Shown here: one piece after another, positions 11,238 through 23,053 of the stretch | Layout: every line of letters begins with the position of its first letter | Position numbering within the stretch: the first letter of the stretch is position 1 | NCBI GenBank assembly: GCA_964187785.1 | Contig: OZ076409.1 | Coordinates: 32,242,001 to 32,302,000 of the forward strand | Reading direction: 5' to 3' | Source of the DNA: Amphiscolops sp. MND2022 | Lineage: Eukaryota | DNA: 60,000 nucleotides | The notes under the pieces: generated by a model | What the model was told of the DNA's origin: nothing | The model's database searches: none | Seen by the model: only the letters and a program-made list of their open reading frames with translations | Position numbers and translations under genes: made by a program

Positions 11238-14200
11238 ATGCTACCATTTTCGCCAATGGACCAATCATCCAGAAACCGATTACCATGTCCACCCGAACCA
11301 GTGTCTTCCGTGTCCTCGCTGCCTGTCGCAGAGCCCCAAACCCACACCGACCAGCCTGGTCTGATCCAGGCAAACCTTCAATCTGACGTCTCACCAACAC
11401 TAGCCACCGGGATAGCCATGCTAACCGCCCAAATGCAGACATTAGAAACACACCCTGATTTCACGCTCTCCATTTCCATTGGAATTGGCTCTTACCGTCG
11501 CACAGCCGAACTCCACAATGGAACATGGCAGGGCCATGATCTCACTCGCCACTTTGACGACAACCGATCAAGCTTGCGTTATAGTGAGCCTGCTAGGCCT
11601 TCCCCCATGGCACCCCTTCGAGCAGACCTGCGACAAACATCACCAGCGACAAGCTCCTCAGCTCCCGTCAACACTGGAAACAACCCACTAACGTCACCTG
11701 TCACAACACAACAATTCACGTGCCTACTACCAGCCATGCCACCACAGATGCTAGCATCCACTTCCGCTTTTGCCTCCACATGTATACGACGTCTTCACGA
11801 CAGCGACCCTCAGCTCATGCTCCCTTCAACTTTCAGGGGGGAAGGGGTAGAGGAAGCAGGCACCAGTGCACAAAACACAGACAACGCTACTGAAAACACT
11901 ACGACAAACCAAACGCAAAGAACAGTAGTAATGCGGAATCCATTTGATGTGCCTATCTTGAAGGATGTTGTTGGATGCCTAGAATCATATGATGCCTTGT
12001 TGCCATCACCACCTACAGACCCACAGCACCTGATAGGCTTCCAAGCTAATCCGGAACTGCAAGAACAGCAGAAGATACAGGAAAAAACAGAGAGACAAGC
12101 GGCCAAAGCTCCCATCGATCTCAGAGACGTGCTGAATCAAAAGGAGCAAAACAAGATGGAACAATTAGCTCAGAAGAAAAGGGCCAGAGAATTAGCCAAT
12201 GCAAACACACCTAGCTCCAGCTCAAACATCTCCCCCGTGCAAGAGCCAGAGGCCAGACGAGAACGATTTTCTGACGAACTCCTCTCGCAGACAGAAGCAC
12301 GGCAATTCGACATTGCCACTAGAGACGCGGTGCGTCAGCAAAGGGAAGCCGAATCTGGGGACCCAAACACTGGCATTGACGAACAAAAGTACCGCTACTA
12401 GCAAAGGAGACCCAGAGAATGTGCAAATTTTAGAGAAGGCTTCAATCGGAATGCACTATCTACGGCCCGTGAAGAAGCCAACCTTGCTACTAGACCGCAT
12501 TCCCCAATGTTTCGAAAGGGTGGAAGAGGACCTTCGCAAGAACAGGTCTTCACTCATGAGACCACTGCCATCAAGGACAAAGCTAGATATACAGCGACCA
12601 GCAAGATACTACGAACAACTGCTGCGAGGCAGAGACTTCAAGAGGGACCTGTCAGCATTACTACCCATGGGCAAAGAGGTGCTTCAAAAGACAAGGATCG
12701 CCTTATTCATGGACCCGACAATGAAAGCAACGGCCAAATTGAACAACACCCTGATGGATGTTCGAGTGATGAATCTGCCGTGCTCATCATTAGAGGAAAT
12801 GGCCGAGGTGACCTGCAAGGTCTTCGGTCCCACCGCCAATCACTCCGAAACAATCCCATTTCCCCCAATACTGAGCTACAGCAATGTAATCGACCACTTG
12901 GCCCTTCGAGGAACATTGAAACACTTTGAAGGAGGAAATCGAAGACTAACGGAAGCAGTAATGACTGGCGATGTAGTGGCATACATTGAAATGATGAAGA
13001 ATGTGATCGGGAGAGTACATAGAAAGAAACCCACAGTATGCGTAATCTTCGTGTCACCCCCTGGATATATACATCTACCATTGCCACTCCAACAATTGTT
13101 GTATCTACTATCTGAAGCCGCCCACGCACAGAACCTTCACTTCTACATAGTGGCCCCGAACCTAAGGGTCAGTGCGATGACCTGGCGCCCATGCGAGAAT
13201 TCATATTCTGCACTCTTGGCTGAAATATCACAGGCCCTACAAGCCTACACTGGATACCAAGGAAACTCGCAATTGACAGCTGATGATGCCACCGCCTTCG
13301 ACTTTGGGATGCAAATGGCACACCGCACCTTTGACGAGAATGGGATGCGCCGGAACAGAGACCCAAACAAACACGAGAGAGCGAACATGATTGACAACAT
13401 ATGGTTCAAAAAAAGAGACGAGTCAACTCGGGACGAGAAGACGCACAACGCGAAATTCCATAAAGAGCTGGTAGCTCTCTTCAAGAAGACAGAGGAGATC
13501 AGACAGACTCGAACTGAAGTGACTGTCTTCCCAGTAGCGACACGAGCAATTGACTCAAAACACAACATGGTCTCTCCAACCTTAGTGCTGCTATCAATAC
13601 TGGCCCAGAAAACAGCACAGGAAAATTGAACCAACCCACGAAACTCATACAGTGGTACAGTCATGGCACCTAGAACTACAGGAAACCCTGGCCGAAGTGG
13701 CCGAACGTCATGGAATCCCATTCCTGATATTCTTGTATAATATCTCACCGTTCTGGGTACCCAAAATGGCACAGCACGAGAACAACTTAGATGAACAACA
13801 AGCGAAGTTGTATGTGGAAGCCATGCAACGGGCAAAGATCAGTGAAATTCTCGCCTACTTGATGGCCGCTGGCCTGAGCTTGTTCTATAAAGGCCCAACA
13901 CATCTGGTACAGAAACTAGTTCTGAGCGAAGCCAATTCTTGCCTGCTTAGCTTCTTAGTATTTGCGAGAAACAAACGAGGCTGGATCAACGCAATTCTGA
14001 AAACGCTGGATCCCGCGGGCGCTCTGAAGCTCAATGCTTAGCTAGCCGAAAACATTGAATCAATGCTGGCCCGGATATATTCAGCCTGGATAAACGTCTC
14101 AGGCATCATGATCACGATAGACCATTCTGACCCACTGAACCAACAAAACAACGGCAAAAACCTGCCAGGTTTCCTCTTCCGCTCGCAAGTGGCCAGCCTA

Positions 14201-15406
14201 ATGCTAGTGGAGACTGAAGATTTAGTCCCAGTGATTGCCCCGATAGTCTGGCCCATATTTGGTCCCATGATGGCCCTCAGATACCCTACACAACCACTCA
14301 GAGTAGCTGCTAGATCGCCCACACTATCCATACTGCACTTTGTGGATCCTCAGGACGATGCCAGACCACCTGAATTTCAGACGCTAGTACGCGACTTTGC
14401 CAACTTTCGACCCCCAATGGCATACATCATTATCAAGGACAAGAAGCAAGTCGAACACTACTTCGTAACTCTGATCCAAGCCAGAGCGCGGTGCGCAATA
14501 CCAATGTCGTTAGAACTCCACCCAGTAGAATGGTTGCACGCCCTGATCAACCCCGGTACAGGTGTCTTGCTAGACTTTGCCAGCTGGGACGAACCAGGAA
14601 TCCTGAGACTTTTAATTAACGCCGTACAACGCCTGGGAGGACGAAGAAAGGGTACAACGCCAGAAAAGCTCCAACACCAAAACACCCAAGACACCTCCCG
14701 CATGTATAACCCCCGGACGAGACCATTGGATAACACCGCGGTAGCCATGACCAACATCACATGCTGGGCAAATCCCCCAATAGTAGACCAGACCATCTAT
14801 CGCAACTACCAAATGCTAAATGCAACCATACCTAAAATCGCCGAAGAAACGAAACGAAAAGTCTTGCCCATCAACACAGAAGCCCCAAGCAACCCAAAGA
14901 TGGCGATTGAGATCTTTATGAAACTCATAGCAAAGCAACAAGAGGAAAACAGCTCAGTGTGCACAGACGATCTAACTGCAGTGGAAACCTACAAAGACAT
15001 ATCCAAAAGATATGGACGCCAAGACCTTTCCAACCAACTGCCAGAGCAATGCCCGGTGGGCTCCTCCGCAGAAAGACAGGCAGCGGGACAGGAAGAAAAC
15101 TCTGCCGGTGGCAGCACGACATCTGTAGTATCTACCATGATTCGAGAAGGTACCCCGCATGTTACCACAGCAGCGAACATGGATACTTCCACCAATGACG
15201 CTAATCAAACCAATCGGGTATCAGAAGACAATATAATTGTTCCCGACAATGACGTAACGATGCCACCAAGCAGTCCGGAAAACATACCAGTATCCATATC
15301 CCAGTCAAAGGTAGCTGATATAGAATTAGAACTCAATGAATTGCCCCGCGTGAATCCCCAAGAACTGCCGTCAATGGATATGCTACCAGAAACAAGAACA
15401 AACTGA
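11238..15406 (+). pseudogene. ORF3 (env position), ~1390 codons, SGNH/GDSL-hydrolase-like central domain, disrupted
   Basis: Joined ORFs 11205, 12199, 13652 and 14063 are clearly homologous to the ORF3 pieces in B and C (VSPPG, APNLR, DDA..FD.GM, APIVWPIFG). Confidence 0.8.
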
Positions 15407-15892
15407 TTGAGTAAAAGACGCCAGGAGTGAACAGCCCTAGCATGGAACTGAACCAATCAAACCCAAACTCACCAAGTACAACTTTAACCCCACCCAGCGC
15501 AATTACTAAAATACCACGCGCTATTTTAGTTACAAAATTTTGAATGCAATTAGTAATGTCTTTTCAATGCAATTACCTAGTAGGTAGGTCCCAGCTTGGT
15601 GCATGCCTGCCCATCAACAAAGAAGTGCAATTAAAGTCTTGCATAAAAACGTTCTTGACATTGCTGGTAGGTGACGTGAGAGTGATACCACCCCTCAAAA
15701 GAAGTCCTAAAATACCTTGAACAAATGAATTTTTTGCAAAACTGCATTTCATTCCCAAAATGACAAAAATGCTACATGAGACTTTTTATTTTGAAGCAGT
15801 AAAATTCAGAAAAGAAGCTGAAAAATGACGTTGCTAAATTTACTAAGTAAATAAGAATGCACCTTTCTCCGTTTGCCGAGGACGACAAACAA

Positions 15893-15906
15893 CGGCCCGG
15901 GGAGGA
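15893..15906 (+). promoter_or_regulatory. Polypurine tract (PPT) of A
   Basis: CGGCCCGGGGAGGA immediately before the LTR start TGTAAC. Confidence 0.8.
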
Positions 15907-16610
15907 TGTAACGTCCACCAGTCAACACCAAAAATTCTATCAAGGACCAAAAAGTGTGCGAATCAAAATGGCCGACCTAGCAGGTTGTTGAAATCAAAAA
16001 AGAACAGCAGAGAACGCAAAAAAGAGACCCCTTAGACGAGTAAGAGAAAAAGACGACACACCAACTGAGAAACACGTTGTGAGACGCGGAATTGTGCCAT
16101 CTCACTCGGAAATTGCAAGTTCTTTGCGACGAAATGGCCCGGGATCCAGATATTCCATATTCAAAGAAGAACTGGAAAACTGTAGAATCAATGAAAGAAC
16201 GCTGGAAAGGTCGGTTTTTATTGATCTTGATGTTATTATTGTTTATTTGCGGATTTATGGTAACGCAGGATCTGCTAGATCCTTGTGCTGGTACTTTTGA
16301 AGGTTATTTTCCTAATAAATTGCTTTCAGACTAAAACCCCGTTTTCGGACCTTGGAGGCATGTAGGACCGAGGGAACTCTTTAGGATACGTTTTTACATG
16401 CTTGTGGGACGTGTCCGGACTTTGAGTGTGCCGGCACGCCGCCACGGAGCTCTAATGTGGGGAGTCTCCACGGCGTCCTGGAAAAGTCCCTACTGAGACC
16501 TTTTAGGGATGAAAAGCTGTTGTTTAGGTTGTTATAAGACACCGGTCTCTTGTTAAACCATCCTGAGTATTATCCCAGTTCTAGAATGTAGCTGCTAGCT
16601 TGACGTTACA
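15907..16610 (+). repeat. 3' LTR of A (704 bp)
   Basis: TGTAACGTC...GACGTTACA inverted termini. Shares blocks with the C/D LTR (AATCAAAATGGCCGACCTAGCAGGT, GGATACGTTTTTACA). Confidence 0.9.
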
Positions 16611-17048
16611 TAAAAACTTCGATCCGAGTTGTTTCGATCCCATTCAAAAATTTGGTATGTCGACCTGAGGACTAACTCTGATTTTCGATCCCGTTCCTTC
16701 GACCTACTTCCGCCCACCCGACAAAAGTTCATGATATCTGATACTGGAAAAAATATGCTTTTGTTGATCATTTTGGAATGATACATCATCTTAGTATTTG
16801 CCTTCCGCATCTGCCGTTGACGCTTTAATGATACACATGGCACTTGATTGATGACGAAGATCCACGATATCAGATAAAGGAAAAAAATTTTGCCAAGAGA
16901 AAAAGCTGAGACTCAAGATCTATTGCGTCATCTGATATCTGATTGGCTGGCCATGACACTACCTGGCTAGCGCGAGTCTACAACACACTACGTTGTTAAT
17001 TTCCTGCATTAACCGTTCGCACAAAAATCGAGATTTTAGAATAATATT

Positions 17049-17765
17049 TGTAACGATAAGCGCTGGCGCTTGAACCGCGACTTAGAATGGAGGAACCAAA
17101 GCAGCGAATAGGATCCGGGACCTAGATCCCCGCGGCCCTGGCTCATTTTCCCTCCGAAGGAGCCTGTCCCAAGGTGGGGGAACCGTCTGGTAAGAAACTC
17201 TCTGGCCTGGTCCTAGTCTGTAATTGCTAAAAGCAACAGGCATCTTGCATAACTCAAGCCACTGCTCGACTAGCCTTTAAAAAGGGGGCTGAAAACCAAA
17301 GAAGGTTGAACCATAGTCTTGGAGAATCTGATAAAATCGACATCGCCAAATTGGGTAGATAAATACAGATATTAAGGGCAGCTCTCGAGCATATCAATTC
17401 ACTGCAAGGAAAAACATTATAAAATCAAGAGTTTCAGTCATTTGATGGAAAATGACCTCGGCTTCCCAGCGCTAGCGCAAGTCACCCCACAGGAAATTGC
17501 GGGGATTCTTAGACAAGCATCGGGAACACTGGTTTCTGCTACTAAAGCAACGTCAATCTCCCAGGGATGGGCCCAATACCGTGTTCTGCAGATGGAATAG
17601 ACGTCTATACAGTCGTCTCTTGTGCTCGTTCTTCGCGGGCGGCACTTTCTGCTTTTTGCCGTACGATTTTTGACAGGTCTTTCACCTTTAAAATGTTTGG
17701 GTGCCACGTCAGACCTTGAACGAATTTTTGCATCGAAAATTTCGTTGTGGGCAGTTGCCGTTACA
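17049..17765 (-). repeat. 3' LTR of B (717 bp)
   Basis: TGTAACG...CGTTACA termini, direct repeat of 36028-36731, adjacent PPT. Confidence 0.96.
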
Positions 17766-17778
17766 TCACTCCCCGGGC
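17766..17778 (-). promoter_or_regulatory. PPT of B
   Basis: Minus strand reads GCCCGGGGAGTGA then TGTAAC. Confidence 0.8.
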
Positions 17779-18524
17779 TTCTGGCTTGTCGTCCCTGGCA
17801 AGCGGCGTTCGGCCTCGTCTGGGAACTGCGTCAAACTGACTGCTGGGAATCATCATCCAGACATCAGGAGACAAGGACGAGTCCTTGTTTCTCAGCAACC
17901 ATTTCGGTCAATTTTCACGGTTTTTGCTTGAAGAAAATCTTACTGCCTAGGTATTTTTACAAAAATGCAAACGGGTTTTAGCACCAGCTCGAGAGCTAGG
18001 GTTTTCGGTCGGTTAAAACTTGTTTGGGCAAGTAATTTTCGCTAAAAACTTGTTTGCGACCGAGGTCAGCTAAAAATTTTTTGGCAATTCAGTATTTGCA
18101 GTTTTCAGTCAATTTCAGGCGGTTTTTAAAACTTCTTCTAGGAGCGCGCAGGTTTACTCAACAGGCAATTGATAGAAGACACTAGACGAGAAAAAAGATC
18201 GCGACTAGAGGGACTAACACTTCCTTTTGACTATGGCAACTCAAAAACAGCGCGAACGGTGCGCAACGAAAATAGCAGTTTTTCTTTAGTAATAGTTTCT
18301 TTTTTCTTGCTTTGTAATCCAACCAACTGGGGCAGGCGCACTCTATTGACCGTACACCCAGTGCAGCGCTAACAATACACTAACTATATAACTAGAAACA
18401 AAAGTTTGCACCTTGTATTGGGTAGCACCGATTAGAGTAATGAGTTTAAACGCACTGTCTTTGGCAGGGCATAAGTAAGTATAGAGTCTGCAGGGAGCGC
18501 GAACGCTCCCTTCAACGGCAAGGT

Positions 18525-21500
18525 TTACTGAGCTGAGCTGCGTCGGGTTCGCTCCTTTGAGGCATCACTGGAGGCTGCTTCAGCATTTTCTGTCGCCACC
18601 GACGCTCTGCGTTGAGAAGAGACTATCGTGACGGCGGTTTCCGAGTCAGACAGGTCCTCGGGGAGCGACAACTCAGCAATCGGCTGCACCAAGGCGGCGC
18701 CAGGGGTCAGCTCAGCTGCATGTTCTCCCGTCTGCGGCTTCGACGACTGGCGACTGGCTTGCGAGGATGGTGGACTAATAGGTTCCGGTTCCAAGATGTG
18801 GGTTGTCAGATCAATGGTGACGGGTTGATTCAAGGACATAGCCATCGTTGGCACGACCATGGTAGGCGCGAACGCCTGTTGTCTGGCAATCTCTGCTCTT
18901 CTCTCCACGGCTAACGAAACGCGTTTGGAGATCCAGCCAGGCTGGCTCCAGAGCTCGCAAGCTCGTTTCCATTTGGGGAAGCTGGCAATTTCCAGTTCTG
19001 GACAGTCTTCTTCCCATTTTGCACGTGCTTGGGGGCCCAGCACGGAATTGATCTCGTCGTGCAGCACGATTGACTTGTCTCCCAACATCGTCATTTTGCC
19101 CTGGGGCTTCCACGCAGATCTTCTGGGGAATGGAGTGATACGACACTGGAGGTCTTTGTCTGATTTGGGCGGCGCCCTCGATCCAACCCGGGATTTGTGC
19201 CAATTCCAGATGCTGAATCTGTCGGTTGAAAATTTCGGGGGCACGTCCGACGGGCTTTGCTCTCGGCCACCCCAGTGGTTCTTTCCAGTATCGGTTTGGA
19301 AGGGTGATGCATTTGAAACTTTATAGAGGGTCTATGGGTGGGCCAGCACTAGTGCTGGTGCGAATCACCTTTCGAATATTATCTCGGCTCCAGGGAAATC
19401 GGAAGGGAACTCCGTCCAGACTGAGGGGTGCGGAGTACCAATTGATAGGGCCGTGTTCTCGCGGCAGAGGGCATGCCTTCCTTGCACGGGCGCGCGAAAG
19501 GCCCATTAGGCTCTCCTCCAATTGCTTTTCCGATTTCCAAGTGGTGTACCCGTGCGGCATCTCGCCACTCAGCACGGCGTGCACAACTCGCGGGTATGCC
19601 AATGAAGGGCGTCCTTGGAAGTATGTGCAGAATGAGGCCATGTGCACTTGGACTGCGATGGCGAGGGATTTGGTGGGGTACCTGCACACGCCGATAGCGC
19701 CGAAGATGGGGGCCAACACAGGAGCCATGGCGGCCACAAAGTCTTCTACCTCGGCCAGCGTCAGGTCGGCAATTTGTTGTGGCATTGGGAATCCTGCCAC
19801 CTCCCGTGGGATTTGGCGGTCAGAACTGTGCAGGGGTTAAGACTGGTACACGCCCACGAATAAGCCAGAGGCGAATACCAGGGTCGAATATAACCAATGT
19901 TGGACGGACGCACGCATGCGTTCCGATTGGGCGGAATAATCCTGCTGGTCTTTGGAGGTCATCAGGTGCCCCCAACGGGTCAGGCTACGGAGTTGCCCTT
20001 GTGCGATGACTAGATAGCTGTAAAACGAGGTCAAGTTGCAAGATATCACGATGTCGACCAGTAGAGCCAGAGGGCCGGCTACGAACTTCGTCGGACCCAT
20101 CGTTAGCGCGAGCGCAAGCACTTCTCCAACAGTGGCTTCTCCGATAGTTTCCAATAGTTTATCAGCCTGTATATTGGTGCGTGAAAATTCGGCAGTTACC
20201 ACCTCAATGTTCCATCCCAGGCCGAGGCTGGTGCAGAAGGCTTCTATGGGACAGTTGAGTTCTCGAGCTATTTCTGCCAGGGTTCTGCTGACAAATCTTG
20301 TTTGGTACCATTGGGCGTACGTAGTGCCAGCGGCGTCGACCTCTGTCTTCAAGTTGGTTGCTTCGTGGGCCACGATATGTCTTAGACCTACAGGCAGCTT
20401 GACGGGCTCAATTCCCGCGGCAAAGTGAACCTGGGGAATGGTGCTTTCGACGGTGCGTGCAGCAGGCCACGCTCCAATTTGCTTCACCAATTCTGCCAGC
20501 TCCGTTTGTACGGGAATCTCTTTATCTTTGCGCACCAGCCAGTTGTAGCGACGGACAGCCTCGCGCTCAGTCACCTTGGACTCCCGCACGACGCGGATGC
20601 CATCCAGATCAAAGGCCATTCGTCCCATGCGCATGCCATGATCGAAAAGTACAGCATCGTCTATCTTTAGCTGTGCGTTTCCTGAATGTTCCACAGCGAT
20701 CAACACTCTGGAGATGGCAGCGAAGAAAGCTGGATAGGATAATGCATCAGGGCGTAGGTCCCCACGGTCCACTCGAAGGTTTGGGGCGCAGATGGCGAAC
20801 TCGATCCTGCGCGCCTTGCACACCTCTAGCAGGATGTAGACAAATTGCTGCAAACTCCGTTGCCAATACATGAATCCCGGTGGAGACACGAAGAGCGGTA
20901 GCGCTCCCAGGTGACCCCGAAGGATCCCTGCGGCATGCTCCATCGCGTCAGCAACGGCGTTTACTAGGGCGGCGGCATTTCCAGTTCCCCGGGTGTCGGT
21001 CATAGTAGTATCCAACTCGCGCAGCAACCCTTCGCACGCCATGTGATCCAGTAGATTGGCGAAGATTACGCGCTGTGGGGGCGGCTCCTTCAGTGATCCT
21101 CTCAAATTTGGATCGTACATTGCTCGGACCATCTCGGCTACTTCAGCGAAGCGGGATATGGGCATAGTTAGCACTAACACGTCGGGCATCAAATTGTCAA
21201 TAGGCAAGTCACTCTTGCAAGTGGAGTCGACTGCCACACAGTAGCGCGCACGCTGCAAGGCACCTTACAGTAGGGGCTTCATGGAGATGATGTTGCGGGC
21301 GTACCGGGCTTTCGCCTCCCACGTTTCACCTTCTCGAAGTATATACCGTGCAGGAAACTGCTCGGTGATGTTGTGCTGCAAGGGTGCCATGTAGTCATTC
21401 GGTGTTGCTGGCAGTTGTTCTCGAGCACGTTGCTCCCAAGCTTGCTCGGTCATGTCCGCATTACGGGGGCGTAGCAGCCGTGTGACCTGCGCTGCTATTG

Positions 21501-22761
21501 TGGTTCGATTTACCTCTTTCTGGTCTGCTTCGGTGAAGGGCGCTCTCCTTTTGATCGCACACATATTGGCATACAAGCGTTCAGCAGCCATCCAGATTCT
21601 CTTGCTATCATTAGTTACTACTGAGCCGGACACGTCGTCAGATGGAGGAAGGAAAACTGGCGGGTGGGCTTCTTCTATGGCTTCAGGGACTTCCAGAGAC
21701 ATGTTGGCGGGAGTCGTGCCCGAGGGCACAGAGCTCACTTCAGAGCCTGCATCTGGGGTTCCATATTGTTCGATAGCTTCCTCCATGGTCATTTGGGGCG
21801 CACCTCGGCCCAGGTGGCCTACACGATACAGAGGCCTAGCGATTACCACGCTTTTCATTTGGGGTCGAGGCACATCGGCACGCTTGTCCGGAGGGGGACG
21901 ACTGGTTGGGCTTTCTGTTGCCGAGCTAGTGTGTGCAATAGCGGCATCCTCACCGGTCAGTCGCTTTCGTCCTGCCTCTTCACAGGATCCAGCCACGGCA
22001 CTTCCACTTGGTCCAGCTGGGACTTCAACGTCCATGGATGCTGTCTCGACCAGAGAGGCGGGAGGGTTACAGTCCGAGGGCTGGGCGGCAGCCTGCAAGT
22101 AGGTGGCCAGACCAGGGATTCGTTGCTCCACAGCCCGGACAAAGTCGGAGGAATTGGGATAGTTGGCAACGGCCTGTAGCGCCACTATCACAGCTTGCTC
22201 GGCTGTACTTCGCCCGGTTAAATCTGGATTCGGTACTGGTGGTAACCGGGACCCCGAGGGCTCTCGATCAGAGACTGGTGAGTTAACAGAGGTTTGCAAC
22301 ACCATGTGCGGCGCCCTGTACGGTGCTCCAAAGGCGGGTGAGCCAGAATAAGTCGGCGTCATCGATACTGGCTTTGGTATTGGGGGCGGTGGCAATGATG
22401 AAAAGTTAGCAGGCACCATGCACAATGAGGCCTCTTGTTCGAATCTGGTGCCCTGGCTTGGGCCATACATCGCAGTGGACCGCTCGTCCAGGAATTGATG
22501 AGTTAGGTCCTGTCCGTACCAAGCATTGTTCAGACAAGTTAACGGGCGACGGTAACCAGCTACCTCCGTCACGATGGATAGGGATACGCCTGGCAGCGTT
22601 TGCATTGTCTCGAGCTGGGTGAGCAATGCAGCCACGCCAGCTACGGCCACTGGTGAAAGGCCGTTCCTCAACCGTTCTTCCACGTACTGGGCCTGATTGA
22701 CCCTCTGCGCTCGCGCAGGAGAGTTTCGAGGCCTAGCACTATGAGGCCCTGTTGCAGGCAT
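18525..22761 (-). pseudogene. ORF3 of B, ~1410 codons, SGNH-like domain, interrupted by stops/frameshift
   Basis: ORFs ending at 22761, 21258, 19800 and 19244. Motifs VAVDST, FANLLDH, FVSPPG, APNLRVDRGDLRPDALSY. Confidence 0.8.
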
Positions 22762-22797
22762 TTAGTTGTTTGGATAGTAAGTTATTAACTCATAGGT

Positions 22798-22818
22798 CTA
22801 AAAAGGACTAACGTTAGG
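22798..22818 (-). promoter_or_regulatory. Putative splice acceptor for ORF3 of B
   Basis: Minus strand CCTAACGTTAGTCCTTTTTAG, ~37 nt before the ATG at 22761. Confidence 0.5.
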
Positions 22819-23053
22819 CTTACAAAGCGCGTTTGGTGAGAGCTTGAGGCTCGTCTCCCATGTACAATAGAATGACACCGGCTCTATAAGGGAACCGTAA
22901 CAAACTTAAGTTCAAATCTAACTAACTAGAACAAAAAACAGTATATCGCAAAGACGTTACAAGTTAATATTTCAGTGAGAGAGTTCAAGACCCTTCCGCA
23001 GGTGCAACAATGATCAAAGGGAGGGGTAGTTAGGGGGAAGCGATGTGGTAAGG

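Larger units (their letters stand above)
268..16610 (+). mobile_element. Element A: 5'-truncated, decayed giant Ty3/Gypsy LTR retrotransposon
   Basis: Order gag-PR-RT-RNaseH-IN, extra ORF, PPT and 3' LTR. No 5' LTR or PBS. Gag homology to element C begins at ~268 (SVPPTQQ*TYREVAQ vs GAPHPTQATYRKVAQ). Confidence 0.93.

Noticed and set aside
11238..15406. ORF3 as a classical env gene
   Set aside because: No evident signal peptide or C-terminal transmembrane anchor, and the motifs fit an SGNH-like fold better
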